DNA of 64,000 bases from Candidatus Shapirobacteria bacterium (GCA_017991615.1 JAGOQF010000002.1:50750-114749), one strand, 5' to 3'; counted from the first letter of the stretch, positions 54,873 to 63,663 are shown. Notes: generated from the sequence alone by a model not told the origin. A program made the numbers and translations.

Positions 54873-57107
54873 TTAAGGATTGTAATCCCAGTGTTCGGGT
54901 TCAAGTTGATGATTGTAAAAACCATACTGGTGAGCATTGGCAGTGAGCCATTTGTAAGCGGAGGAACTGGAAGTGAGTTTGCCGTTTTTGTCGGCAAAAT
55001 CGATGGCGCGGCCGGTGTGGTGGGGCGAAGTGCCAGGATAATTGATTTGACTGATAGTTTGATATTGGTCGCCGTTGTTTTGGGCGAGGTTTTCTTGCCA
55101 AAGGTCGGTTTGTTGGTTTAGACTTCGGTAGCAACTAAAAAAGGAGAGTTGGTTGTCGGGATTGTCGGTATTGAAGGCGGAAATCATTTGGTTAAGGCTG
55201 GAAAAGATGCGTTCGTCGAGTTGACAATTACCCTGGTAGGTTTTGAGATATTTCCCGCCGTCAATTTGGGCGAGATCGTAAACTTGATTAATTCGACCAG
55301 GTGAAGAGTTATTGGAGAATGAAATTAAACCTTGAGAATTGGTATTGGTAGAAATATTGGTAATACTGGGAAGGGTATAACCGATACCTTCGAAGCAAAT
55401 ACCATTGATGGCCCCTCCATTAGCGTCGAAGGCGTAGGAAATTTTTTCGTATTTAAGGCCATCAAATTTAGGATTGTAAGAACCAGGACCGCAAAAAGCA
55501 CTGCGAGCGGTAGTGTGGAGACGTTGGCGGCTGTTTTGGTCGACGACATATTCACCACGAGTAAGTTCGACGGCGGCGCCTTGATTGGTAATAACCTCTT
55601 TGCCATTGATAATTTTAGGTTGGTTGAGAGAGACTTGATCACAACGAAAAGCTTGGTCTTTGTTGTTATTCCAAAGGAAACCTTTATCTCCGTTTTGGAT
55701 AGCGGTATGGCGATGGGTGAGGGTAAGAGCTTTTTGAGCTTCGATATGCCAATTGCGGGGAACTTCGGCAACACCTAGAAGGTAGGTATAGAGATCTGGA
55801 ACAGTGACAACAGGATAACAAATACCTTCGAGGCGATAGGGCGGGGATGAGGGATTGTCTGGGTCAGTGACGGGGATTTTGACATATTTATCACAGGGGG
55901 TTTTACCGTCTTCGTTGACACCGCCACTGCCTTGGTAAAGATCAACTTTATCGTAGTTTTGGTCACCAACAAGATTGGGGCAAGTAATATCGCTGTCACC
56001 ACCGTAGTCTTCGATAATAACGACTTTTATGGGTCCTTTGTCATCGTCACCTTGTCGTTCGGTGTCGATACCACCACCGTGATAAATATTGATAATTTCC
56101 TTGTAATTGTAGCCGCTGAGAGCTAAACCATGGGTACCACGTTGACTAAGACCAGGTCCATTTTTGACAGTGTATTCTTCATCACATTGAATTTGGTCGG
56201 TGTTGATAAGATTGCCTAGAGCGCCACATTTAGAGTTATTCCAGCCATTGGGAGTAAGGTGACAGGCGAAACTTTGACGAAGATTTTCACGATTAAAATC
56301 AGCATTGTTGTTACAGGCAATTTGGTCGTGAACTGGTTCGGAAAGTAGACCTAAAAGCATATTTTGTTCTTGTTTGTCACTATCTTCGGCAACTTTTTTG
56401 GCTTGTTGAGGATTGTCATTGCTGGGAGGGGCATTTTCACCTTGGAAATTGCGAGGCATAACATTTCTAATAGTGTCATTGAGTTGGAGACTGGTAATAG
56501 GGGCGGCATCGGCTTCGTTCATGAAGAGACCTTGAGGGACGTCTTGAATATTGTTGTAAGCGTTGAGATAACAGGAAAGAGGATGTTTGATTTCGAAACG
56601 AAATTGATTCATAAGATTGGGGTCATATTCAAGCGGTTGGTCGGGATTACCTTGCTGATAGAGAATTTTTTGGTTTTGTTGGTACATGACATAGGCAATA
56701 TCAGAGATTTTCATGTCGGGACAGATATCTTGATCACTTTTGATGGTTTCATTTTTGTATTTGTGAGGTTTAGTCAGTACCTCATAAAACCAAACGCCTT
56801 TGCGGTATCTTTTGACTGATTCAGGAATGGCGCGGGAGGCAATATCTTTGTCGTCTCGAGTATAGTCGTTGGTGAGATGACGAGTATCCTTGGTGGAAGC
56901 TTGGTAATCCTCGGAAACATATTGAATACCAAAGATGAGGTAGTTAAAAAATCTGGTGATAGCTTCCCAGATAGTTTGAAAAAATCCGGGAGATGATTGT
57001 TCTTGGGGGGGGTTGCCGGATGGAGGATCTGATTGAGCAGTGACAGTTGTGGGGGTGAGCCAAAACAAGGAGAAAAAACTGATAATGAGAACAATTTTTT
57101 TGATCAT
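54873..57107 (-). CDS. Secreted Cys-rich peptidoglycan-remodelling protein: SpoIID/LytB-like region + C-terminal peptidase M15 (VanY-like)
   Basis: 744 aa with a signal peptide. GLSQRGTHGLALSGYNYKEIINIYHGG resembles the SpoIID GMSQxGA motif. The C-terminal SPHHTGRAIDF resembles the M15 SxHxxGxAxD motif. Confidence 0.5.
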   Translation of the reverse strand: MIKKIVLIISFFSLFWLTPTTVTAQSDPPSGNPPQEQSSPGFFQTIWEAITRFFNYLIFGIQYVSEDYQASTKDTRHLTNDYTRDDKDIASRAIPESVKRYRKGVWFYEVLTKPHKYKNETIKSDQDICPDMKISDIAYVMYQQNQKILYQQGNPDQPLEYDPNLMNQFRFEIKHPLSCYLNAYNNIQDVPQGLFMNEADAAPITSLQLNDTIRNVMPRNFQGENAPPSNDNPQQAKKVAEDSDKQEQNMLLGLLSEPVHDQIACNNNADFNRENLRQSFACHLTPNGWNNSKCGALGNLINTDQIQCDEEYTVKNGPGLSQRGTHGLALSGYNYKEIINIYHGGGIDTERQGDDDKGPIKVVIIEDYGGDSDITCPNLVGDQNYDKVDLYQGSGGVNEDGKTPCDKYVKIPVTDPDNPSSPPYRLEGICYPVVTVPDLYTYLLGVAEVPRNWHIEAQKALTLTHRHTAIQNGDKGFLWNNNKDQAFRCDQVSLNQPKIINGKEVITNQGAAVELTRGEYVVDQNSRQRLHTTARSAFCGPGSYNPKFDGLKYEKISYAFDANGGAINGICFEGIGYTLPSITNISTNTNSQGLISFSNNSSPGRINQVYDLAQIDGGKYLKTYQGNCQLDERIFSSLNQMISAFNTDNPDNQLSFFSCYRSLNQQTDLWQENLAQNNGDQYQTISQINYPGTSPHHTGRAIDFADKNGKLTSSSSAYKWLTANAHQYGFYNHQLEPEHWDYNP

Positions 57108-57464
57108 TTAATTAGAGTCGATTTTGAATATGGTGACATCGATACCGGTAAATTCTTTGATGAAAAGAAGGATTAACCAGGAAACAATGATGCCAATAAT
57201 ACCAATGACAGCGTAGGTGAGGGTGGTGGAAGCGGCAGCAACTTTTTTGGGGTCGCCGCCAGAGGTGAGATATTTGAAACCGCCGACGATGAGCATGGCT
57301 AAGGAGACGAAGCCGGCAAGGCTGACAATGACAGTAATGATGTTTTGAAAAAGACATTCAAGGCCTTTGATGGTGGCGACACCGTCGGAAACACAATTGC
57401 CAGACCAGGCTTTAGTTTGGGCTAGTGCGGGGTGAGGTAAAAAAAATTTGATGATTGAATTCAT
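57108..57464 (-). CDS. VirB2/TrbC-like mini-pilin paralogue 1
   Basis: 118 aa. Signal-like N-terminus, two hydrophobic helices separated by a conserved GGFKYLTSGGDPKKV loop. Paralogous to the five downstream genes. Confidence 0.5.
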   Translation of the reverse strand: MNSIIKFFLPHPALAQTKAWSGNCVSDGVATIKGLECLFQNIITVIVSLAGFVSLAMLIVGGFKYLTSGGDPKKVAAASTTLTYAVIGIIGIIVSWLILLFIKEFTGIDVTIFKIDSN

Positions 57465-57487
57465 AAATTAATTATACAATAGACCAA

Positions 57488-57516
57488 CAAAAAACCCGCC
57501 GGAGAGGCGGGTTTTA
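57488..57516 (-). terminator. Rho-independent terminator (bidirectional hairpin) after pilin paralogue 2
   Basis: aaaacccgcc-ggagag-ggcggg-tttt. GC stem with flanking A-run and T-run. Confidence 0.6.
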
Positions 57517-57530
57517 AAAGATAACTAATT

Positions 57531-57911
57531 TTATTTGAAAGTGGGAATAGTTAGACCCTTGAGAATGTCAATACCAAAGATGGTACCGATAAGTTTCATA
57601 ATGGCCCAAGCGGCAAAGACGATAGCCAAACCAATGAGAGCGTTGGTAATTTGAGCGCGGGCTTCGCCGACCTTTTTTTCATCACCGCCAGAAGTAACCC
57701 ATTTAAGACCGCCCCAAACTAAAATGAAGAAGAAAACTAAAGCGACTACAATTAGAACCAAACTGACAGCACCAGAAACAATACCGCCAACAGTAAGGTC
57801 ACTAAGAGGTTTAAAATCTTGAGTTTTTGACTCTATTTTAAGAGTCTCTTGGGCGTAAATAGGGGCAGCAATAGCTGCGTATTGGATTTGTTGTTTGAGT
57901 TTGTTGAGCAT
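57531..57911 (-). CDS. VirB2/TrbC-like mini-pilin paralogue 2 (candidate major pilin)
   Basis: 126 aa. LVWGGLKWVTSGGDEKKVGEA...ALIGLAIVFAAWAI. Followed by a strong terminator. Confidence 0.5.
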   Translation of the reverse strand: MLNKLKQQIQYAAIAAPIYAQETLKIESKTQDFKPLSDLTVGGIVSGAVSLVLIVVALVFFFILVWGGLKWVTSGGDEKKVGEARAQITNALIGLAIVFAAWAIMKLIGTIFGIDILKGLTIPTFK

Positions 57912-57961
57912 ATTTTAATTATAATAATTAATTAATTAATAATAACAGTTTTCTAAAAATA

Positions 57962-58315
57962 TTAAAGAGAAGGCCAAACTAATTGAAGATTTTGGAGATT
58001 AGGAATACCAAAGACAACACCAACAAATTTAAGAATGGCGAAAATGGCAAAGACTAGAATTAGACCGATAAAAGCATAAAGAATTGAACTTTGAGCTTGC
58101 TTCCATTTGTCGGGATTGCCTTGAGAAGCAATCATATGATAAGCATACATAATAAAGTGCCAGATGAAGTAGAGAACAGCGACGATGAAAAAAATAGAAA
58201 TAATGCTTTGAATAGCATTATTGACATAATTAGAGGGATTAGAAACAATGCTGTTAGAGTCGGGGAGAACAGGATTATTAATTTGAGCAAAAATAGGTGG
58301 GATAATTTTAATCAT
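57962..58315 (-). CDS. VirB2/TrbC-like mini-pilin paralogue 3
   Basis: 117 aa. MIASQGNPDKWKQA...AFIGLILVFAIFAI. Confidence 0.45.
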   Translation of the reverse strand: MIKIIPPIFAQINNPVLPDSNSIVSNPSNYVNNAIQSIISIFFIVAVLYFIWHFIMYAYHMIASQGNPDKWKQAQSSILYAFIGLILVFAIFAILKFVGVVFGIPNLQNLQLVWPSL

Positions 58316-58316
58316 A

Positions 58317-58676
58317 TTAAGGTTGATTTTTAGGCATAATATTTTGGATACTAAGCGGATCTTTGATACCTAGAAGACTGGCAATGAAAGCGCCAACACC
58401 AAGAGCGACAACGATAATGGTCAGGCCAAGAATACCGTTGGTAAGACGACTACGGGCGGCTTCAATTTTATCTTTGTTTCCTTGGGCGGAAATAAATGAA
58501 TAACCAGCAAAAATAACCTGAATAATGAAGTAAATAACAGCAACGATAGTCAGAATTCCAATGATTTGACTGAGAAAACCTTCAAGAGGTTTGGCAGGAT
58601 TACTTAAATCTGGTTTGAGACCAGGACCTTCAAGTTTGTAAGTAGTATCAGCAATCAAGGGTTTAGTTAGGACCAT
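58317..58676 (-). CDS. VirB2/TrbC-like mini-pilin paralogue 4 (start revised to internal Met)
   Basis: The listed ORF 58317..58751 overlaps the upstream paralogue by 89 nt. Starting at Met26 (MVLTKPL...) gives a 14-nt overlap and a paralogue-like length. SAQGNKDKIEAA loop motif. Confidence 0.4.
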   Translation of the reverse strand: MVLTKPLIADTTYKLEGPGLKPDLSNPAKPLEGFLSQIIGILTIVAVIYFIIQVIFAGYSFISAQGNKDKIEAARSRLTNGILGLTIIVVALGVGAFIASLLGIKDPLSIQNIMPKNQP

Positions 58677-58983
58677 AAATGATGGGTTCAATAATGTTAA
58701 TGTTAAGAATTGAGCCAACGACACTGGTAAGAATGAAAGCTCCGGCAACAATAATTAGACCGATAAGACTTTGGGTGATTTTATTCAAGGCGGCTTCAGT
58801 TTTTTTGGGATCACCACTACTGGAAAGATAGCCGTAACCAGCTATAATTAATTGGGCCACAAAGAAAAGACCGGCAATAACACCGGCCAGTTTGAAAATA
58901 TTGGATAAGAGAAGAAATAATCCAGAACCGCCTTGACTGTTGTAATTGGTTGGATTGGAGATGCTACCAAAGATTGCGAGCAT
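58663..58983 (-). CDS. VirB2/TrbC-like mini-pilin paralogue 5
   Basis: 106 aa. IIAGYGYLSSSGDPKKTEAA...LIGLIIVAGAFIL. Confidence 0.45.
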   Translation of the reverse strand: MLAIFGSISNPTNYNSQGGSGLFLLLSNIFKLAGVIAGLFFVAQLIIAGYGYLSSSGDPKKTEAALNKITQSLIGLIIVAGAFILTSVVGSILNINIIEPIIYGPN

Positions 58984-58989
58984 AAGTTA

Positions 58990-59334
58990 TTATAAACCAG
59001 AATCAAGAATTTTGACGCCAGTAACCAAACTAATAATTTGAATGATAAAATAAGCAGAAAAAACGACGGCAAAACCGATAAGAGCACTACTGATGGCCTG
59101 TTGAGCTTGGGCGGTTTTTTTAGAATCAGCGGAACCGGCGTTGATAATCATGCTGATGCCACCAAAAATAAGCAAACAAAGAAAAATAATTCCGGCTAAG
59201 GTAAGAGAGTTTTTGAGAAGAGAGTTGATTAGGGGGCTAGCGGTGTTATATTTAGGACCGACGGCGGTGCCACTGTTGTCAAGAAGATTGTTGCCGATAT
59301 TGACTTGAGCTAAAAGAGATGATGTCATTGGCAA
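58990..59334 (-). CDS. VirB2/TrbC-like mini-pilin paralogue 6
   Basis: 114 aa. IFGGISMIINAGSADSKKTAQA...ALIGFAVVFSAYFI. Confidence 0.45.
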   Translation of the reverse strand: MPMTSSLLAQVNIGNNLLDNSGTAVGPKYNTASPLINSLLKNSLTLAGIIFLCLLIFGGISMIINAGSADSKKTAQAQQAISSALIGFAVVFSAYFIIQIISLVTGVKILDSGL

Positions 59335-59469
59335 AATTATACCCTAAAGAAGAAAAAAAATGAATTGATGACAATAAGGGTTGATTTGGTTAAACTAGTG
59401 CTATAATACGGCACTTTAATAAACTTTTGTGAAGTTTAAGTTTATAAGGTTTTAAAGTAGAATTAAAAT

Positions 59470-60396
59470 ATGAAAAAAATAACTGCCCTATTATATATAG
59501 TATTAAGCATAAGTTTTTTAGGTTTGGTAATGAAGGTTGAGGCAAGGAAATCGGAAAGGTTGATAACATCAACAGAGGTGATGGTAAAAAGTTTGAGTTT
59601 GAGTCCGATGCCGACAGGAATGGTAGCAACTGAGACAGCTGAAGTGATTGAAGTGGTGCCAACTTTGGCGTCGGTAGTAAACATTAAAGAAGAACCAAAA
59701 GCAAATGAGTTGGATTATAAGTCGGAAAAATGGAATGGTTTAAACACTTTGAAGGTGGCGATTGGTTGGGCGGTGACTAGGGGGATTTCGACTAACACAT
59801 TGGTACTATTGTTGTTATTACCGTTGGTGGCAACATTGGTGTCATTCTTGCATTATGTAGTAGGGTTATCAGGATATGGGATTTTTATGCCGACAATGGT
59901 GGCAGTAACATTTTTGGCGACGGGAATTCCGGGGGGATTGGTGTTGTTTGGGGTAATTTTACTATTATCATTAGCGAGCAAATCAGTTTTAAGAAGGTTG
60001 AAACTTCATTTTTGGCCGGCGAGATCGATAGGGTTGATAATAATTTCGATAGGGACATTTGTGTTTATGGTGTGGTCGTCGTTTCTAAGTGATATTGATA
60101 TAAGTCAGGTGTCAATTTTCCCGATTACGTTTATGATTTTGTTGGCAGAGGAGTTTACTCGAACTCAACTGATAAAGAGTAAAAAAGAAGCCAAAAAACT
60201 AATGATGGGGACAATTATTTTGGCATTGGCGGGAGCAGTAATGATGGATTCGGCTTGGATTCAGAACTTGGTTTTGAGATACCCCGATTTAATATTGGTT
60301 TTGATATTAGTGGCAAACTTGGCGATAGGAAATTATAGCGGAATTAGATGGTCGGAAATAGCTCGGTTTAAGAAAGGGATTAGGGAAAGGAAGTAG
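59470..60396 (+). CDS. Polytopic (about 7TM) membrane protein with N-terminal extracytoplasmic segment
   Basis: 308 aa. Signal peptide, about 100-aa soluble segment, then 6-7 TM helices. First gene of the ATP-grasp/peptidase module. Confidence 0.45.
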   Translation: MKKITALLYIVLSISFLGLVMKVEARKSERLITSTEVMVKSLSLSPMPTGMVATETAEVIEVVPTLASVVNIKEEPKANELDYKSEKWNGLNTLKVAIGWAVTRGISTNTLVLLLLLPLVATLVSFLHYVVGLSGYGIFMPTMVAVTFLATGIPGGLVLFGVILLLSLASKSVLRRLKLHFWPARSIGLIIISIGTFVFMVWSSFLSDIDISQVSIFPITFMILLAEEFTRTQLIKSKKEAKKLMMGTIILALAGAVMMDSAWIQNLVLRYPDLILVLILVANLAIGNYSGIRWSEIARFKKGIRERK

Positions 60397-60418
60397 TTGA
60401 TAATTTTTTAAAAACTTT

Positions 60419-61777
60419 ATGTTTAGTTTAAAAAAATATCATCGATTTTTGACAAAGAACGAAAGGAATAAGGTATATTTGCGTAAAAATACGGCTGTTG
60501 GCAAGGCAATTGCCGATAGCAAATATAGAACTAAAAAAAAGTTGATGGCGGCGGGAGTATCGGTACCGACATTGATAGCTAGATTTAAGAATCAAGATGA
60601 TTTAAATAATTTTAGGTGGGAAAAACTGGAGGGTAATTTTGTGATTAAACCGGAATCAGGATATGGTGGTGAGGGGATTTTGATTATTAGAAAAAGAGGT
60701 AAGTGGGCGGGGGAATGGTTGAGAATGAATGGTGAAATGTTGACAACGGCTGATTTGCAAAGGCATTGTCAGGATATATTGGTAGGAAAATACAGTTTAC
60801 ACAATATACCAGATACAGTGTTGGTGGAAGAGCGGATAAAAATTCATCCATTGTTTTTGGCGTTAACTAAGTCGGGAACCCCGGATATTAGAGTGATTGT
60901 TTATAACCGAGTGCCAGTAATGGCCATGTTTCGGATTCCGACGGAAAAGTCTGGGGGTAAGGCTAATCTCCACCAAGGGGCGATGGGATTGGGAGTGGAT
61001 TTGGCGACAGGAATAACCACTTTTGGAATTGAGGGCGGGGGAGTGCCAGTGACTCGGATTTATGATTTTAATAAAAAGAAAAAAAGAAAAGTTAATGGGA
61101 TAAAGATTCCATTTTGGCGGGAGATTTTAGAAACGGCAGTAAAATGTCAGATAGCCTTGCCAGAGTTGGGATATATGGGGGTAGATGTGGTATTGGACAA
61201 AGAGAAAGGTCCGGAAGTGTTGGAGGTAAATGCCAGACCAGGATTATCGATTCAACTGTGTAATCGGGCAGGGTTGAGAGCGAGATTGGAAAAGGTGGAT
61301 GAGATAGAAGTAAGGAGTGTGGATCATGCGATAACTTTGGCAAAATATTTGTTTGGAGAGAGATTCTTTGAGAAAGTGGATGAGAAAGAAAAAAATCGTT
61401 TGATTGAAGCGGTGGAAAATATCAAGATAAAGATTCCCAAGGGATTTAAGCCAGAGTTTGATAAAAGCAAGATTTTGAAGAAAGGGAAACATCGGATGAT
61501 TGAAGTAAAAGCTAAGGTGGATACCGGAGCATTGAGAAGTTCGATAGATCGAAAATTGGCTGAACAGTTGGGGTTGTTGACTGAGGAAAGAATTTTGTAT
61601 TATCGTCATTATCGGTCGGCGTTGGGCAAGGCGCATGAAAGACCGGTGGTTTGGTTGACTTTTTGGCTTAAGGGTAAAAAGATTTCAACAGCGGCAAATG
61701 TGGCCAATCGGGAAGGGTTAAGTTCTCAGTTTTTGATTGGAAGAAGGGATTTAACTGGATTTTTAATTAAAAATTAA
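60419..61777 (+). CDS. ATP-grasp (RimK/alpha-L-glutamate-ligase-like) fused to C-terminal retropepsin-like aspartic peptidase (DUF785 family)
   Basis: 452 aa. ATP-grasp motifs (FVIKPESGYGGEGI; NLHQGAMGLGVDLATG; LEVNARPGL). C-terminal AKVDTGALRSSID contains the D-T-G-A aspartic protease signature. Confidence 0.6.
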   Translation: MFSLKKYHRFLTKNERNKVYLRKNTAVGKAIADSKYRTKKKLMAAGVSVPTLIARFKNQDDLNNFRWEKLEGNFVIKPESGYGGEGILIIRKRGKWAGEWLRMNGEMLTTADLQRHCQDILVGKYSLHNIPDTVLVEERIKIHPLFLALTKSGTPDIRVIVYNRVPVMAMFRIPTEKSGGKANLHQGAMGLGVDLATGITTFGIEGGGVPVTRIYDFNKKKKRKVNGIKIPFWREILETAVKCQIALPELGYMGVDVVLDKEKGPEVLEVNARPGLSIQLCNRAGLRARLEKVDEIEVRSVDHAITLAKYLFGERFFEKVDEKEKNRLIEAVENIKIKIPKGFKPEFDKSKILKKGKHRMIEVKAKVDTGALRSSIDRKLAEQLGLLTEERILYYRHYRSALGKAHERPVVWLTFWLKGKKISTAANVANREGLSSQFLIGRRDLTGFLIKN

Positions 61778-61785
61778 TAAATAAG

Positions 61786-62667
61786 ATGAATAAAATTGCA
61801 GTTTTTGGAGGCAATGTAAATGGAAGTAAATTTTTGGAACTTAAAGCGGCGGCAGAAAAATTGAGGGTGGAATTGGATTTGATTTCGTTTAAAGAATTGA
61901 CGTTTGAAACCGAAACTGGAAGGGTATTTTTTAGAAACCATGAAATTGGAGGTTACGATGTTTATTTTTTTAGAAATAATAAAACTTATTGGGAAGAAAC
62001 CAGCTTAATTTTGGATCAGTTGGATGAGAGTAAAATAATTTTGGATCCGGTTATTAAAAGATGTCGACAGAGTGATGTTTGTAAAGCACATCAAATGGTA
62101 GTTTTGAGCCAAGCGGGATTGCCGGTGCCAAAAACTGTTTATGGGAGTTTGAAATTTTTAAAAAAGGAAGATTTGAGTAAATTTGAATTTCCGTTGATTA
62201 TTAAAGGAAGTCGGGGAGACAGGAGAAGGCAAGTATTTAAAGTATATGGTCAAAAGGATTTAACAGAGAGAATCAGGGAAATAAAAGAGATAGAAAAGAG
62301 AGGTGAAAATAAATATATGTTGCAGGAATATATTGTGAATACCAGGGATTATCGAGTGATGGTGGTGGGAGGAGAGGTATTGGGAGTGATGGTGAGAGCG
62401 ATTGGTGATAACCCTAGGTTGAAGAATGTGTTTGAGAAAAGTGATTTGCCGGAGGAGGTAAAGAAAATGGCGGTGGAGGCGGCCAGAGTGTGTGGGATAA
62501 CGGTGGCGGGGGTGGATGTGGTGTTTAGGGATGATGAAATAACCAAACCGCTTTTGTTTGAGGTGAATAAGACCCCGAACTACACTAGATTTGAGGAAGT
62601 AATGGGAATAAGTGTGGCAGAAGTGGTGGTAAAATTTTTGGCAAAGGTTAGAAATGAGGGTGTTTAA
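61786..62667 (+). CDS. RimK-like ATP-grasp ligase (alpha-L-glutamate ligase family)
   Basis: 293 aa. PLIIKGSRGDRRRQV, DYRVMVVGGEV, GVDVVF...FEVNKTP are typical RimK/ATP-grasp motifs. Confidence 0.6.
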   Translation: MNKIAVFGGNVNGSKFLELKAAAEKLRVELDLISFKELTFETETGRVFFRNHEIGGYDVYFFRNNKTYWEETSLILDQLDESKIILDPVIKRCRQSDVCKAHQMVVLSQAGLPVPKTVYGSLKFLKKEDLSKFEFPLIIKGSRGDRRRQVFKVYGQKDLTERIREIKEIEKRGENKYMLQEYIVNTRDYRVMVVGGEVLGVMVRAIGDNPRLKNVFEKSDLPEEVKKMAVEAARVCGITVAGVDVVFRDDEITKPLLFEVNKTPNYTRFEEVMGISVAEVVVKFLAKVRNEGV

Positions 62668-62705
62668 TTTTGACTGGGATGTTGGTAGAATAGGATTACT
62701 TTTGA

Positions 62706-62779
62706 GGGTGATTAGCTCAGTTGGTTAGAGCACCGTCCTGATAAGACGGGGGTCGGAGATTCGAGTTCTCCATCACCCA
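62706..62779 (+). tRNA. tRNA-Ile (anticodon GAU)
   Basis: Acceptor GGGTGAT/ATCACCC, D-arm GCTCAGTTGGTTAGAGC, anticodon stem CCGTC/GACGG with loop CTGATAA, T-loop GATTCGAGTTC. Confidence 0.8.
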
Positions 62780-63048
62780 CAAGTTGAGTTGAAAGTTTAT
62801 CAAGTTCATCAAGTTTATAAAGATCTCAGATCTCAGATCCGTCGGTGGGCGGACAGGTATCAGATAATAACATTTTAGCTTGACAACATTTTTACCATCA
62901 TTCAACCTCCATAAAATCCACTCAGCGTTGCGGGGGGAAAATATTGTCGGCGCTAAAATTAGATGTCAGTTTGTCAGATGTCAGTTTCTTGGATCTCAGG
63001 AAAACATTGATATAAAGGATGGGTATGGTTGGGTGGTAGAATTGTCTA
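62780..63048. repeat. Composite intergenic repeat locus
   Basis: GTTnnTCAA 9-mers, cagatctcag repeats, tccgtcggtgggcgga hairpin, TIR element copy 3 (62873-62958), and agatgtcag repeats. Confidence 0.75.
62873..62958. mobile_element. About 86-bp TIR element, copy 3 (most diverged centre)
   Basis: Termini ttttagcttgacaacattttt ... aaaatattgtcggcgctaaaa are conserved. The interior shares ataaaatccactcagcg with copy 2. Confidence 0.5.
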
Positions 63049-63663
63049 ATGAAAGAGAGGAATATATATAAAGAAATGTTTTATATTTTAGCGGGAGTGG
63101 TGATAGTGATGGGGATGTTGATGTTAATAGAGGAAATAAAGGAGAGAAGTAGGTTGCGTGAGATGGAGATGAATAAGCCAGTTGAAATAGTATCGAAGCC
63201 AACATCAATAGTATCTTTTGAGAATAAAAGGGAGCGGTTTTATATGAGTGAATTTAATGACTTGGATAAAAATAAAAAATTGTTAGTAGTGGGAGAGTTG
63301 TCTTTCTTATTGCCAAAAACAAGTTATATTATTGATACTAAAACTAATTTGATTTCGGTAGGTAATCGGTTATATAAAATTCAAGTAGATACGACTCAGG
63401 GATTGTGTGATGACCCATGTTTTTATACTGATGATGAAGATGTTGAGAATATGGATGTTTTAAGATTGTGGAAGGTGGGGGAAGGGGTTTTGGCAATTAA
63501 TCCCCAGAATATAAAAACTGAGGAAGGTGGTTGGGTGAGTATGATTATTCAGAAGTTAGAGACAAATATACCTTTGGGGAAATATGTTTTTTTTACAGAT
63601 AATGAGATTAAAGAGTGGACAGAGATATTGAGTCAGCCAATTTTTTGGGGAAACAGAAGGTAG
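63049..63663 (+). CDS. Hypothetical membrane-anchored protein
   Basis: 204 aa. One N-terminal TM helix. No family call. Confidence 0.35.
   Translation: MKERNIYKEMFYILAGVVIVMGMLMLIEEIKERSRLREMEMNKPVEIVSKPTSIVSFENKRERFYMSEFNDLDKNKKLLVVGELSFLLPKTSYIIDTKTNLISVGNRLYKIQVDTTQGLCDDPCFYTDDEDVENMDVLRLWKVGEGVLAINPQNIKTEEGGWVSMIIQKLETNIPLGKYVFFTDNEIKEWTEILSQPIFWGNRR

Noticed and set aside
58317-58751. Listed 144-aa version of pilin paralogue 4
   Set aside because: Its first 25 codons overlap the C-terminus of the upstream paralogue by 89 nt. An internal Met at 58676 gives a paralogue-consistent length, so the long form is likely an over-extension.
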